Virus record (IMG/VR): IMGVR_UViG_3300027766_000001
DNA: 64,000 nt
Source of the DNA: a virus
Taxonomy: Duplodnaviria > Caudoviricetes
Strand: one strand, 5' to 3'
The translations under genes and the position numbers were made by a program. Below are positions 25,982-36,125 of this stretch, piece after piece. How positions within the stretch are numbered: position 1 is the stretch's first letter; each line of letters opens with the position of its first letter. Under the pieces are notes generated by a model, which did not search any database, was not told the DNA's origin, and saw only the letters and a program-made list of their open reading frames with translations.

Positions 25982-26563
25982 ATGAGTGAATTAAGTCATA
26001 TTGCTGAACGTAACCAGGAAGAACAACAGTGGGAGCAGAACCTCACTAACCTGGCTGGTCTGAGCGTCAGCATCCGTACACCGGTTAACATGGTGCTGAA
26101 CGAGCAAGGTGTGCTGAACACCGCAAGCTTTAGCATCAGCTACGAAAACGGCGACATGATCCTGGCTAACCAGGAACTGCCGATCGCTGACATCAGTAAT
26201 GCCCTGGTGAAGGCATACCAGCACATTGCGCTGGGCGGTGCGGTCGAGAGCAATGTTCATCGTGGTGACGCACTCGAACACATTCAGGCGGCGATGAAAC
26301 TCATCAATGCGTCTGGTGCTAACGCCATCGTTGCCAATACCCGTGACCAGGGTCAGTTCGAACACGCCGGCAATACCGTGCTGTGGCAGCGTCTGGTTAG
26401 CGGCTCAAAAGTGATCACCAACTTCAACACGACCACGGTCCAGTCTGAAGACAACTCCATCCAGCAGGGTGTGTGGCTGACACTGACTACTAACATCAAC
26501 ACCGTCGCAACGCCGGCTGAGCAGTATGCGGCATATGCGAAAACGTACATGGGCGAGGAGTAA
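25982..26563 (+). CDS. Hypothetical protein
   Basis: 193 aa with optimised codon usage. Confidence 0.75.
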   Translation: MSELSHIAERNQEEQQWEQNLTNLAGLSVSIRTPVNMVLNEQGVLNTASFSISYENGDMILANQELPIADISNALVKAYQHIALGGAVESNVHRGDALEHIQAAMKLINASGANAIVANTRDQGQFEHAGNTVLWQRLVSGSKVITNFNTTTVQSEDNSIQQGVWLTLTTNINTVATPAEQYAAYAKTYMGEE

Positions 26564-26566
26564 GGC

Positions 26567-27244
26567 ATGTCTATCGTTGACGAGGTAATGGAACCTGGTG
26601 GTGTTGGACAGGATACCGTGTTTGTCAACGGTGTGCTGACCTCTGTTCCACGCACGGTGGTGAAACCGGTACTGGCCGAACTCTCTGTTGCCATTACCAC
26701 GATACCGGGTGATGAGTCGCATTATGCGGTAGGGGATAGTAAAGGCGTACCGTACGTCATGTTCTTTGCTAAACCTGGTCTGTGCCTGGTTGATGTGTTA
26801 GCCATGGCGTATCGTAACCTGTTCCTCTGGATTCGCCCGCAAGGCGCCAACAAGGTTTATTACGATCCTTACTCAGATCGTGACACGGCGCTTGGCAGCA
26901 TTAAGCGCGGTATCTTCGAGCTAGTTGGGAAAAGCCCAGAGGGTATGTATGCGAACTACCACGATCGTCGTCAGTTGACCATTGTGGATGAACCGCATAC
27001 CTACGATCTCGTGCGCACTTATGACAAGGTGAAAGACAGCATCACCACCATTGTCATGGAACTGCCGTGTGAGATTGCGGCGTATGACGAAGTACAGGAC
27101 AGTGCACCGATAACGACGTACCGCACAGGCCCAGCCTGGACTGACCCGGGTGATTTCATTCCGGGTGTGTGGACGCCTGATCCAAACTTCGATGCGTCGC
27201 CAAAACCGGTTGATGAACCGCATCCGGACAACGTGCCCAAATAA
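26567..27244 (+). CDS. Hypothetical protein
   Basis: 225 aa, GAGGAG RBS, Pro/Asp-rich tail; terminator at about 27245-27300. Confidence 0.75.
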   Translation: MSIVDEVMEPGGVGQDTVFVNGVLTSVPRTVVKPVLAELSVAITTIPGDESHYAVGDSKGVPYVMFFAKPGLCLVDVLAMAYRNLFLWIRPQGANKVYYDPYSDRDTALGSIKRGIFELVGKSPEGMYANYHDRRQLTIVDEPHTYDLVRTYDKVKDSITTIVMELPCEIAAYDEVQDSAPITTYRTGPAWTDPGDFIPGVWTPDPNFDASPKPVDEPHPDNVPK

Positions 27245-27309
27245 AGCAGAGCGCCTCTTCTCCCTTTACGGGGAGAAGAGTGCGCCCTTTATGCCGGCTT
27301 TCTTTTTTG

Positions 27310-28158
27310 TTAACGTTTCGGTGTTGCCCGACGAATTGCACGGTAACGACCCAGGGTGTTATTGTAGGCCGCTACACGCTGCCAACGTTCCCGGAAGAAG
27401 TCTTTGTAATTCTGTGCGGCATCCGAATACTCCATGATCACTTCACGGAACGCACCCAGTTCAACACCGCCCACTAACTGACCTTGGTCCAACTTGATAC
27501 GCAAGGTGTTATAGATGATCGCCTTGGTTGCCAGAACAGAGAGTTCTGAGAATGCCGGCCAGGAGTTGTTCTTGATGTTGTTCAGTTCCGCATCATTACT
27601 TAAGCGACAACGCAAGGTCAACTGGTTCGTGATGATCTGCGTCTCGTAGATGGCAATGGTGTTGAACCCAACGATTTCAATGTTGGCCAACTGAATTTCC
27701 ACCGCAGGTGCATAAGACTGCATCATCGACGTCATGCCGGCTGTGACCGCACCTTGATACCCATTCTGGTTACCGGAGCCGGAATACGTACCCACACCTG
27801 CACCCGGTGCACCGTACAGTGCATCTGGATAACCGTAGAGCAAAGACAGTATGGACGTGATGCGTAGACCACGTGTCTTTGCCTGGTCAACCCGAAACAC
27901 GGTGGTAAAGTTATCAGGTTTCCAATACTCTGTGTCATACAACGGAATGATGACTTCCTGACCCCCAAGCAGGTCACAGTCTTTTAACACTTTGGCATCA
28001 AAGACTTTGCTGCGCAACACTTCATTCATTGAAGTATTGTATACCTGCCTGGCTCCCGTAGAACTGTACAGCTGACGATCCCCAAGAAATGCCGCACGAA
28101 GTACTTCCATGGGGATTTCAAACAGGATGTCGGAGATGGCATTATCTATAGCACTCAT
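27310..28158 (-). CDS. Conserved chimallivirus protein divergent from phuZ (possibly virion)
   Basis: 282 aa from MSAIDNAISDIL (AAGAGG RBS); back-to-back with the tubulin gene. Confidence 0.6.
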   Translation of the reverse strand: MSAIDNAISDILFEIPMEVLRAAFLGDRQLYSSTGARQVYNTSMNEVLRSKVFDAKVLKDCDLLGGQEVIIPLYDTEYWKPDNFTTVFRVDQAKTRGLRITSILSLLYGYPDALYGAPGAGVGTYSGSGNQNGYQGAVTAGMTSMMQSYAPAVEIQLANIEIVGFNTIAIYETQIITNQLTLRCRLSNDAELNNIKNNSWPAFSELSVLATKAIIYNTLRIKLDQGQLVGGVELGAFREVIMEYSDAAQNYKDFFRERWQRVAAYNNTLGRYRAIRRATPKR

Positions 28159-28243
28159 GGCTACCTCTTTAGTAATGCAATACATACCCAACAATATATA
28201 TGTTGAACCTACACCTATCATAGAAATTAACCGGGAGTGCATC

Positions 28244-29227
28244 ATGTCCAAACGTATTACGCGTATTTTTGCTTGTGGTGGTGGTGCGATTAGCATTACT
28301 TCCGATCTGACCGACTACGTCAATGTCAAAGGTTTCTCTGACACCAAAGTCTCCCGTCTGGATACCTCGAACAAGAACATGACGGCAAACATGCCGGAGT
28401 CATCCAAGTTCGTGCTGACGGGCGCTGATGGCTCAGGTAAACAACGTGACCACAACTACAAACCGGTTGTGGCATCCATGGATAAAATCCTGGCTGAACA
28501 TCCGCCGGAAGATTACAACATCGTGATCTTTACAGCAGGTGGCGGTTCTGGTTCTGTCATTGGCCCGGTACTGGTCGGTGAGCTGTTGAAACGTAAAACC
28601 CCAGTCATTGCACTGGTGATCGGTTCAATCGGCGATGAAACCCAGGCACAGAACTCCGTGAACACCCTGAAGTCACTTGCCGGTATTCAGCAGGCGAACA
28701 AAGTGCCGGTGGTCTTCTCCTACTTCGAAGTCAACCAGCACAACAGCCAGGCCGATGTTGATCAGCAAGTCCGCAGCCTGCTGCCAAGCCTGCTGAACCT
28801 GTTGGACAGTGATAACACCATCATTGACAACAAAGACATCATCAACCTGCTGAACTGGACCAACGTCCGTAAAGAGATCCCGGCGCAGCTGGTTGCGCTC
28901 GAAGTCTTTATCGGTGCTGAAGATCTGGCGACCATCTCAGGTGCGGCACCGGTGACCATGGCGTCGATCTACCCGGATGCAGAACGTGAGTATCTGCCGG
29001 TGACCCCGTCTTATTCAACCGACGGTATCCGTTCAGAACTGTCACGTGAAAACCCCTACTACGGCAAAACCCTGCACTATGTGGTGCATGCTAAACCAGT
29101 GAAGCCTGCCTTCGATTCGCTGGAATCTGCTCTGCGTCGTATTCGCGATGCGCAGCGTTCTCAGCACACCATCGAGTCAGTGCTGGGTAGCGACGATAGC
29201 GTTGACAACAACGGTATGGTCGTTTAA
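28244..29227 (+). CDS. phuZ: Phage tubulin PhuZ/TubZ
   Basis: N-terminal FACGGGAI, GADGSGK, tubulin signature AGGGSGSVIGP, IIDNKDI T7-like loop; 327 aa. Confidence 0.93.
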   Translation: MSKRITRIFACGGGAISITSDLTDYVNVKGFSDTKVSRLDTSNKNMTANMPESSKFVLTGADGSGKQRDHNYKPVVASMDKILAEHPPEDYNIVIFTAGGGSGSVIGPVLVGELLKRKTPVIALVIGSIGDETQAQNSVNTLKSLAGIQQANKVPVVFSYFEVNQHNSQADVDQQVRSLLPSLLNLLDSDNTIIDNKDIINLLNWTNVRKEIPAQLVALEVFIGAEDLATISGAAPVTMASIYPDAEREYLPVTPSYSTDGIRSELSRENPYYGKTLHYVVHAKPVKPAFDSLESALRRIRDAQRSQHTIESVLGSDDSVDNNGMVV

Positions 29228-29327
29228 CGGCTATTATATGTAATGTAAAGACTGACTGAGTTATATCCTTCTCAGTGGGTTGATTAGCGCTTCTGGCTGG
29301 GGGCGACCTGATCCATTACCTTTCGCG

Positions 29328-29362
29328 CATAGCCCCCAGGTTCGTCCTGGGGGTTTATGCCG
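29328..29362 (+). terminator. Terminator, TTTATGCCG class
   Basis: GCATAG-CCCCCAGG-TTCGT-CCTGGGGG-TTTATGCCG. Confidence 0.85.
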
Positions 29363-29371
29363 TTTAAATAA

Positions 29372-29398
29372 TTTTGTTCCTACATTACTACTGTGTAT
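29372..29398 (+). promoter_or_regulatory. Phage early promoter (TACATTAC)
   Basis: TTTTGTTCCTACATTACTACTGTGTAT; core at 29381-29388. Confidence 0.65.
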
Positions 29399-29442
29399 AA
29401 CCTAACATGTATGACCTATTACATAGGGCGTAGTCCTTTTAT

Positions 29443-30807
29443 GTGAAAAGGGTAACAAGGGAGTCAAAAGCCGTGAACTATAACTCAAACACGTTCGTTA
29501 TCTCTACGGGCGAACATTTAGCAGCCATCGCATTTTCCGCTCCGTGGGTTAACGGTCAACCAATGAATCACGGTCAAGCGTGTATGGTGTTTGCCGCTGT
29601 GCACGAAGAAGTCTTTAATGAATTGTTTGCATGGGCCAACATTGATAACACTGTGCAAAAAGTGTTGTCGACGATTTACAACGGGGTGAAGATCTTAGAG
29701 CCGTCTCATCCTAAGCACTGGGTGTACCAGGGTAACTCATGGGTGCGGATCAGTGAATCGGCGCCATTGGGGCCGGGTAAGCATTTGGTACGGCTACCGC
29801 CTCGAAGTAACTTACCCCGTACACCGGATCCGAGTGCGGTGTATCAGGTACCGGGTGGGCAACACTACGTGGATTGGCTAACCGGGTTTGTCAATGTGAC
29901 GCTGCACAACCTGGCGTGTTATCTGCGTAATGAACTCAATCGTTATCTGGGCAGTATGAAGGATTACGAGTGGTGGTTCGAATACAGTGGCAACGGTGTG
30001 GTTTACAGTCGTCAGAATAAAGCGACCATTAACTACGTTAACCCGGTGGAACTGGTGACCGAAGCGGATCATGTGAACTTTGAAATCGGGCTGATGCCGC
30101 GTATGCCGCAGAAGACCAAACAGATGTTGGTCATCAATGCCGACGCACACGAAGCCGAAGGTCTTGAAGCTGAACGTCACTTGCGCGATCTGCTGGCTAA
30201 AGTGCCTGACATGCTGATGCAGTATTACAGCATGCTGGCGCAAGCCGGTCGCACTGAAGGCGACGTAATGATCAAGTATCGCAGTCATGCTGTACTGAGT
30301 CACGTGGAAGAAACCATTCGTCAAATCAATACCTCCTTGCCGATCCGTTTCAACCTCATCAGTGAAAAGCAGCAGGAACACCAGATCATCACTCAGCACG
30401 CCGTGAACAGCATGGAGCGTAATCTGGAACGCCGGTCGATTGAGGTAATCAATAAGCAGCAGAACCATATTGCAAATACGCTGATTGAAACCCGTAACAA
30501 AATCATCAAGCGCAAACGGGTCACTGAACTGGATCAGAAAGTGATTGCCTCGGTGGCACCGGATGTGTTTAAGGAAACATATCTTCACGATGATTTACGT
30601 CAGTCGATCATGGATCCTTCTACCTGGTACAAGTTTGATGGGATTAACCCTGCTGAACTGCCAGAGCCTGTTGTGGTCACGTGTTTGCTGATCAGTAACT
30701 ACGTGGACAATTTAATCGGTAATGGCACGACACATCGTCTGCCGGTTTATGAAGGCCGTAAACCAGCTGAGACATTGTTATCAGCAATCCCGCTTTACAC
30801 CAATTAG
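29443..30807 (+). CDS. Hypothetical protein (first of the phuZ-DNA polymerase block)
   Basis: About 454 aa ORF; start codon uncertain (GTG 29443 or later). Confidence 0.7.
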   Translation: MKRVTRESKAVNYNSNTFVISTGEHLAAIAFSAPWVNGQPMNHGQACMVFAAVHEEVFNELFAWANIDNTVQKVLSTIYNGVKILEPSHPKHWVYQGNSWVRISESAPLGPGKHLVRLPPRSNLPRTPDPSAVYQVPGGQHYVDWLTGFVNVTLHNLACYLRNELNRYLGSMKDYEWWFEYSGNGVVYSRQNKATINYVNPVELVTEADHVNFEIGLMPRMPQKTKQMLVINADAHEAEGLEAERHLRDLLAKVPDMLMQYYSMLAQAGRTEGDVMIKYRSHAVLSHVEETIRQINTSLPIRFNLISEKQQEHQIITQHAVNSMERNLERRSIEVINKQQNHIANTLIETRNKIIKRKRVTELDQKVIASVAPDVFKETYLHDDLRQSIMDPSTWYKFDGINPAELPEPVVVTCLLISNYVDNLIGNGTTHRLPVYEGRKPAETLLSAIPLYTN

Positions 30808-30816
30808 TGAGTCGGT

Positions 30817-31164
30817 ATGTATCTAAACATTAATATGCAGCCAACCTTGTATCGTTGGTTCAGCAGTGAGATGTTGGATAACCCCATAACGCGCTACGCC
30901 ATTACAGACCTGTTGCAGTTCGTGTCAGAATCAGCGGTAGGTACTGAGTCCGAACTTGACGTTATCGGTCCTTCGTCCTACCTGGTGGGTCTGGGTACGC
31001 CAAAGGAAACGGTCGAAAAGTTTGTACAAGTCGCTGCCCAAGAGATTCATTTATTCTACATGAATAATACGCAACCTGAATGGCGCAGTTGGGGTCGACA
31101 TCGAATAGTAATAGATGCGGCATACAACATTTTTATTCAGTTAGGAATTGACCCGTATGTCTGA
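30817..31164 (+). CDS. Small acidic protein, array member 1
   Basis: 115 aa, translationally coupled. Confidence 0.7.
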   Translation: MYLNINMQPTLYRWFSSEMLDNPITRYAITDLLQFVSESAVGTESELDVIGPSSYLVGLGTPKETVEKFVQVAAQEIHLFYMNNTQPEWRSWGRHRIVIDAAYNIFIQLGIDPYV

Positions 31165-31516
31165 ACATGATCAGGTGTATGTCATTGACTGTGGCGGGAT
31201 CGTTGCTCGCTACAAAATCCGTTGCCCTAACCTGTCCGAGGACAACCTACACGCCATCGTTGCAGCCGGTGCGGTCCATGCCGTTGACAAAGTGTATGTC
31301 GACCCAATCCTGGAGCAGCCCGAATACGGCCAACCCATCAGTTTGCGTGATGCCTCTATCATGAGTAATGCGGTCGCCCAGGAATTGCGAGAGCAACTGG
31401 AACCTGTTATCCGTGCGATGATGCGTCATGCCTCTGACACCCAGTGTGTGAAAACCAAATGCACACTGGAAGGGACGGCCGTGGTTGTGACCCTGGCGTT
31501 AGATGAGGAGGAGTAA
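31157..31516 (+). CDS. Small acidic protein, array member 2
   Basis: MSEHDQVYVIDCGG start, overlapping the previous stop. Confidence 0.7.
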   Translation: MSEHDQVYVIDCGGIVARYKIRCPNLSEDNLHAIVAAGAVHAVDKVYVDPILEQPEYGQPISLRDASIMSNAVAQELREQLEPVIRAMMRHASDTQCVKTKCTLEGTAVVVTLALDEEE

Positions 31517-31942
31517 ATGTACCCGTATGGTAAACGTAGCTATCTGCCCAATCAGTTTATCGTTGACCTGAACACCTTCATCTGGACCAACCCAAATAAC
31601 ATCCTGGGTATCTTCTCCCACACGATGTTGTTTGATGCCTACACCAACACCCTGTTCAACTCCATTGGTAAAGTTGAGTACGATTACGGCTCACTGATGG
31701 AGTGGGTAGACAAAGAACTGGGTGTGGACGGCAATCCTGACTGTGACGTCACGCCACTGGTGAATGACCCTGCTTTCATTCAGTATATGCAATCCAGTGT
31801 GGTGGCCGGGTTCTGTGATTTTGTCACCAACAACCGTGTGTACGTTGCCCGTACATTAATCCCGGTGTTGAACCAGGTAAGCGATGTGGTCATGGTTGCG
31901 CAAGACGACGCGTCTCACACCGTACGCCTTGAATACATGTGA
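31517..31942 (+). CDS. Small acidic protein, array member 3
   Basis: 141 aa, GAGGAG RBS. Confidence 0.7.
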   Translation: MYPYGKRSYLPNQFIVDLNTFIWTNPNNILGIFSHTMLFDAYTNTLFNSIGKVEYDYGSLMEWVDKELGVDGNPDCDVTPLVNDPAFIQYMQSSVVAGFCDFVTNNRVYVARTLIPVLNQVSDVVMVAQDDASHTVRLEYM

Positions 31943-31949
31943 GGTAGCT

Positions 31950-32324
31950 ATGGGTCCGTTCTTTGTTGTTGACTTGCGTGGTTACGCCCCACAGATCACT
32001 GACCACTATGGTTCGTCACCTGCTCGGTTGGTTGGACCGTTTCACCATTTCATGATGACGTTGTTGGCGATGTATAAGTCTATCCATAACAGCGCTGGCG
32101 ATGAAGATGTGGTGTTGGATAACTACATCAACGGGAGCATGGTGACACTGAACGACGCAGCACAGCAGCACCTTCATGTGGTCATGCAATCGATGATGGG
32201 GTTGTTAACGCGACTGGGAATGGTGTACGGGGAAATCCACCCAGGGTTAATCCGTAACCTGGTTTTTGACCAAGAGAGCTGGACCTTGCTTATTGAGTTC
32301 GGAGGAGAGAATGATCAAGCATGA
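31950..32324 (+). CDS. Small acidic protein, array member 4
   Basis: MGPFFVVDLRG start, GAGGT RBS. Confidence 0.7.
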   Translation: MGPFFVVDLRGYAPQITDHYGSSPARLVGPFHHFMMTLLAMYKSIHNSAGDEDVVLDNYINGSMVTLNDAAQQHLHVVMQSMMGLLTRLGMVYGEIHPGLIRNLVFDQESWTLLIEFGGENDQA

Positions 32325-32739
32325 AATGAATGCCATCGTGTTCTCAATATTACCGCAACGTGATGAAGCATTGCATCAACTGGTCCGTCGACATCTGATC
32401 AACATCGGCGACATCGATATTAACCTGCTGGTCTACATGGCGCTCAATCAACTGACCATCAATCAGCTGGTGAGTGCAGCACAGACCAAAAATATCGAGC
32501 AGCTTTGTCATCAGCATTTGCCGAACAACAGTTACGAACATTATCAGGTTGTGATGTTCGTGTGTGAGCAAATTGCTTTGTTGCTGTACAATGACTACCG
32601 TATCGCGATCGAGCAATCCCGGATGCCGTTACCGTCTCGAATGATTGAGGCGAAGTACAGTAACGGTGTGGTCACAATGGTCTTTGAATCGATGGATGAT
32701 CAATCATGCGTGTATTCGTACACGACTTTGCTCCAATAG
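32311..32739 (+). CDS. Small protein, array member 5
   Basis: GGAGGAG RBS before ATG 32311. Confidence 0.7.
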   Translation: MIKHEMNAIVFSILPQRDEALHQLVRRHLINIGDIDINLLVYMALNQLTINQLVSAAQTKNIEQLCHQHLPNNSYEHYQVVMFVCEQIALLLYNDYRIAIEQSRMPLPSRMIEAKYSNGVVTMVFESMDDQSCVYSYTTLLQ

Positions 32740-33137
32740 TTTCAGGGCTCATGGGTGAGCTGACACAGATGGAAGATGCGTGCGTGACGTATGAAGATGT
32801 CATTGACTTCTTACTCGGGAACCGGGAGCCCCTCGACAACCCGTCCGGGTATGAAGATTACATGGTGGATTACTTCTGCGACTGTAAGGATCTGAACATC
32901 CACGATCGGCACTTGGTAAGGTCAAGCTACTATCGACTGAAGCCACTGGTTGAATCCCTTTTCCCGCAAGCACACGGTAAATGGGTATGTTGTGGGTTTG
33001 TTGGAACTGTCGGGTATTTTATACACAGCCACCTACCAGATGACCCCACGATAGATTCTCTCCGTGTTGCGGTTACTCAGTCGATTCGATCACTTTGGGG
33101 TTACTATGATTCTCGCCTTACGCACGCCCGCTTTTGA
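32706..33137 (+). CDS. Small acidic protein, array member 6
   Basis: 143 aa, overlapping both neighbours. Confidence 0.65.
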   Translation: MRVFVHDFAPIVSGLMGELTQMEDACVTYEDVIDFLLGNREPLDNPSGYEDYMVDYFCDCKDLNIHDRHLVRSSYYRLKPLVESLFPQAHGKWVCCGFVGTVGYFIHSHLPDDPTIDSLRVAVTQSIRSLWGYYDSRLTHARF

Positions 33138-33456
33138 TCGGGTCTTCAACGCCGTGAAACAAGTCGTTGCCACGGATCACCTCTCTGAAAGCATTAACCT
33201 GGGGGTGATCAACGATGTGGTGTATGAGTTGTTTCGCCAATGTACCGAGCGGGTGAACATTGTTGATGTTGATCCCGAATACCAAAGCCTGTATCAGCCA
33301 TTTTATGAAGCACTGAACGAACTGCTATTGCTACACAACGTCCCGGTAATCGCTGTCTCAGGATTATTGGTGGACGGTCCGGATTTCTGGACCATCATCC
33401 TCGTTGTGGATCAGCGGTTAATGTATACTGTCGGGGGATGTCAACATGGGGTATGA
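33106..33456 (+). CDS. Small acidic protein, array member 7
   Basis: 116 aa from ATG 33106. Confidence 0.65.
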   Translation: MILALRTPAFDRVFNAVKQVVATDHLSESINLGVINDVVYELFRQCTERVNIVDVDPEYQSLYQPFYEALNELLLLHNVPVIAVSGLLVDGPDFWTIILVVDQRLMYTVGGCQHGV

Positions 33457-33856
33457 GTTACTGGTCAAAGGAGCAACGGTGGATTTCATCGTTGAGGCAC
33501 CTGAGATCTTAACCAGTGGATTTACGAACGCGAAGATCATGGCTGATCTGGATATGGAAACCGCACAGGCGTTGGGGCTTGATGTGCAAGCCAAACACCA
33601 AAGCCTGTACCCGCTCATTAAAGGAAAGGGCATTGCTGATGACCCGTCTTCATACGGCTACATTCGTGTGCAGAAAGAAAGCGGGTCCATTGTCATGCTC
33701 GGTATTCCATGGATCAAGGAATCCTCCATTGTCGCGAAGCAACGTCGTCGCATCACAGTGGACATTCCTGACGTGGGGACCAATGACATCGCTATCGTGA
33801 AAGCTGCATTGGAATCCAATGGCTATCCAGATGCCGTGGTGAAATTGGTAGATTGA
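33446..33856 (+). CDS. Conserved chimallivirus protein upstream of the DNA polymerase (phiKZ gp49-like by synteny)
   Basis: 136 aa; terminator at about 33858-33897 follows. Confidence 0.55.
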   Translation: MGYELLVKGATVDFIVEAPEILTSGFTNAKIMADLDMETAQALGLDVQAKHQSLYPLIKGKGIADDPSSYGYIRVQKESGSIVMLGIPWIKESSIVAKQRRRITVDIPDVGTNDIAIVKAALESNGYPDAVVKLVD

Positions 33857-33961
33857 ACCATGGGGGCTTAGGCTCCCGTGGTTTTCTTTTATGCCCAGCA
33901 TTTATTTTTTGACATTGTTGGGCTATCCAATAGAGACCATTTTCGGCCGTAAGGATATTCC

Positions 33962-36073
33962 ATGGAATTATTCGTTAATAAGGCTAGCGAGTACAAACGT
34001 GACTTGCGCATTCATCACCACTATTGTGAGAATAAAGCCAAATCACTGTCGCTGCTTTTCAATGAGCCGATGGAGAAGACACGTGAGTTCGTCACTCGTG
34101 TCACTGCACCTGGCGGTAAGCATGGGGTAATTGATCCCCGTGTGCGTATTTTGATTCGTGGTAAGAACGGTGACCGCGAACTGAAGTTTACGACCTTTAA
34201 CAAGTTTCTTAATGCGGTGGATAAACGTCAGGCGATTTTGAGTCCGTCGTTAACAGCGTACCTGAACCCAAAAGAAAAAGTATCACAGTACGCGGTATCC
34301 ACTGACAACAACATCAAAGCACGTAAAGTCATTAAGAAAGAGATGTTCCTGGCTGAGCAACGTGGTGACGTCACCACAGCCCAGATTAAAGATATCATGC
34401 AGACGGGTCGTAAGCTGACCAACAACGGAATGTCCGGTGGGTTCTGTACCGCGTCCACACCGTTCTATTGTCGTTCTGCCCACAGTTCGTTAACGTCGTG
34501 CTGTCGTTCTGCAACGTCGTCAACCAACGCCTTTAACGAGAAGTTCTTAGCCGGTAACCGTCACTATCACTCGCCTGAGATTGTGATGGAGAACATAGCC
34601 TCGATCTGTCTGCACTCGAACTATGAGTTGATTGATCAGGCGATGCGTGAATTCAACCTGGCCTACCCAACGGTTGATCAGGTGATCGCGTGTATCTATC
34701 GTGGTTCACGTCGTTACTGGTCAGACCGTCGTTACATGGCGATGATCCATCAGCAAGTCAGTAACATGACACCGGGTGAGCGTGCCGCGTTCATGTTTAC
34801 CAGTGACATGTATCACATGCGTGTGGTCAACCCTGACTTCGTGCGTCAGATGCTGGTTGATATTGCTGAGAAAACCAAAGTGGGTATCAGTGAAGACGTG
34901 GCGCTGAAAGATGGCGATGCTCGTGTACTAGCCACCATGAAGTGTGCGGAAGACATTATCCGTGTCGGTGTGAAAGAGTCTGAGAACTCGGATGAGATCA
35001 AAGACCTGGTGAAAGCCAACTACCAGCTGTCTGTACAAAACATCGAGAAGTACCGTTCGTATGTGCGTGCATTCTTGGTAACACCAAACACCCCTGCGTC
35101 GATTGCCATGATGCCGCACCATGTGCGTGAAGTTGTGTTAGCGTCCGATACCGACTCCTCGATCTTTACTGAGCAGGAATGGGTAGACTGGATTGAGCCA
35201 AACTACGATCTGCGTCAAGAACGTATTCAGGTTAACGCCGCAGTAACCTTCCTGGTTTCTCAACAGGTTGTGCATTTGCTGGCGATTGTGTCGGGTAACA
35301 TCGGTGTATCTGAAGACCAGATGTTCCGCTTGACCATGAAGAACGAATACTACTTTGAGTCGTTTGTGTTGACCAACATGGGTAAACACTACTTTGCCAC
35401 TCAGACGGCGCGTGAAGGGAACTTCTATGCGAAGCCGAAGCTGGAGCTCAAAGGCGTGCACTTGCGTAACTCCAACGTGCCAAAAGAGATTCGTGATCGT
35501 GGTAACAAGATCATCAACGACATCCTGGATAAGTCCAACAGCAACACCCAGTTCTCAGTGGTTGAACTCCTGCAACAGGTGGGTGACATTGAGCGCTTTA
35601 TCATCAACTCGATCCAAAGTGGTGAGCCGGTGTTCTTGGCGAAAGCCACCATCAAGGACAAAGACTCCTACACCAAACCGCTGAGCAACAACTATTACCA
35701 CTACCTCATGTGGGAAGAAGTATTTGCACCGAAGTACGGCCCAGCACCACAGCTGCAGTACTTAGGCTTGAAAGCGAAGTTAGGATTGGAATCGCGTACG
35801 GCTGTGAATGAATGGCTGGATGAGTTGGAAGACCAAGGCTTTGCGCAGCGTATGCGTGACTTCATGGTGAAGTACGGGAAAGACAAGTTGTCACAGGTAA
35901 TCTTACCAGCGGACATCGTTATGACTCAGGGGTTACCGCAAGAGGTGATTCAGGGGATTAACATTCGTCAGCTGATCATGGAAAACCTGGCCATGGTGTA
36001 CTCTTGCTTAGAATCGTTAGGGCTTTACTTTACGAATCCGAATGCAACCCGCCTTGTATCAGACGAACACTAA
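33962..36073 (+). CDS. B-family DNA polymerase catalytic subunit (phiKZ gp50-like split polymerase)
   Basis: Palm motif VLASDTDSSIF, K-x3-N-like RKLTNNGMSG, KPKLELKGVHL; no exonuclease domain evident, consistent with a split enzyme. Confidence 0.85.
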   Translation: MELFVNKASEYKRDLRIHHHYCENKAKSLSLLFNEPMEKTREFVTRVTAPGGKHGVIDPRVRILIRGKNGDRELKFTTFNKFLNAVDKRQAILSPSLTAYLNPKEKVSQYAVSTDNNIKARKVIKKEMFLAEQRGDVTTAQIKDIMQTGRKLTNNGMSGGFCTASTPFYCRSAHSSLTSCCRSATSSTNAFNEKFLAGNRHYHSPEIVMENIASICLHSNYELIDQAMREFNLAYPTVDQVIACIYRGSRRYWSDRRYMAMIHQQVSNMTPGERAAFMFTSDMYHMRVVNPDFVRQMLVDIAEKTKVGISEDVALKDGDARVLATMKCAEDIIRVGVKESENSDEIKDLVKANYQLSVQNIEKYRSYVRAFLVTPNTPASIAMMPHHVREVVLASDTDSSIFTEQEWVDWIEPNYDLRQERIQVNAAVTFLVSQQVVHLLAIVSGNIGVSEDQMFRLTMKNEYYFESFVLTNMGKHYFATQTAREGNFYAKPKLELKGVHLRNSNVPKEIRDRGNKIINDILDKSNSNTQFSVVELLQQVGDIERFIINSIQSGEPVFLAKATIKDKDSYTKPLSNNYYHYLMWEEVFAPKYGPAPQLQYLGLKAKLGLESRTAVNEWLDELEDQGFAQRMRDFMVKYGKDKLSQVILPADIVMTQGLPQEVIQGINIRQLIMENLAMVYSCLESLGLYFTNPNATRLVSDEH

Positions 36074-36074
36074 A

Positions 36075-36117
36075 CCGGCATAAGGGTCAGAGGGGGTCAC
36101 ACCCCTCTGACCTGCCG
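36075..36117. terminator. Bidirectional terminator between convergent genes
   Basis: CCGGCATAAG-GGTCAGAGGGG-GTCACA-CCCCTCTGACC. Confidence 0.75.
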
Positions 36118-36125
36118 TCTGATAA

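Noticed and set aside
29878-30588. 236 aa antisense ORF, and similar shadows such as 57485-58303 and 14695-15078
   Set aside because: Fully nested opposite longer genes that have operon context; no independent expression signals.
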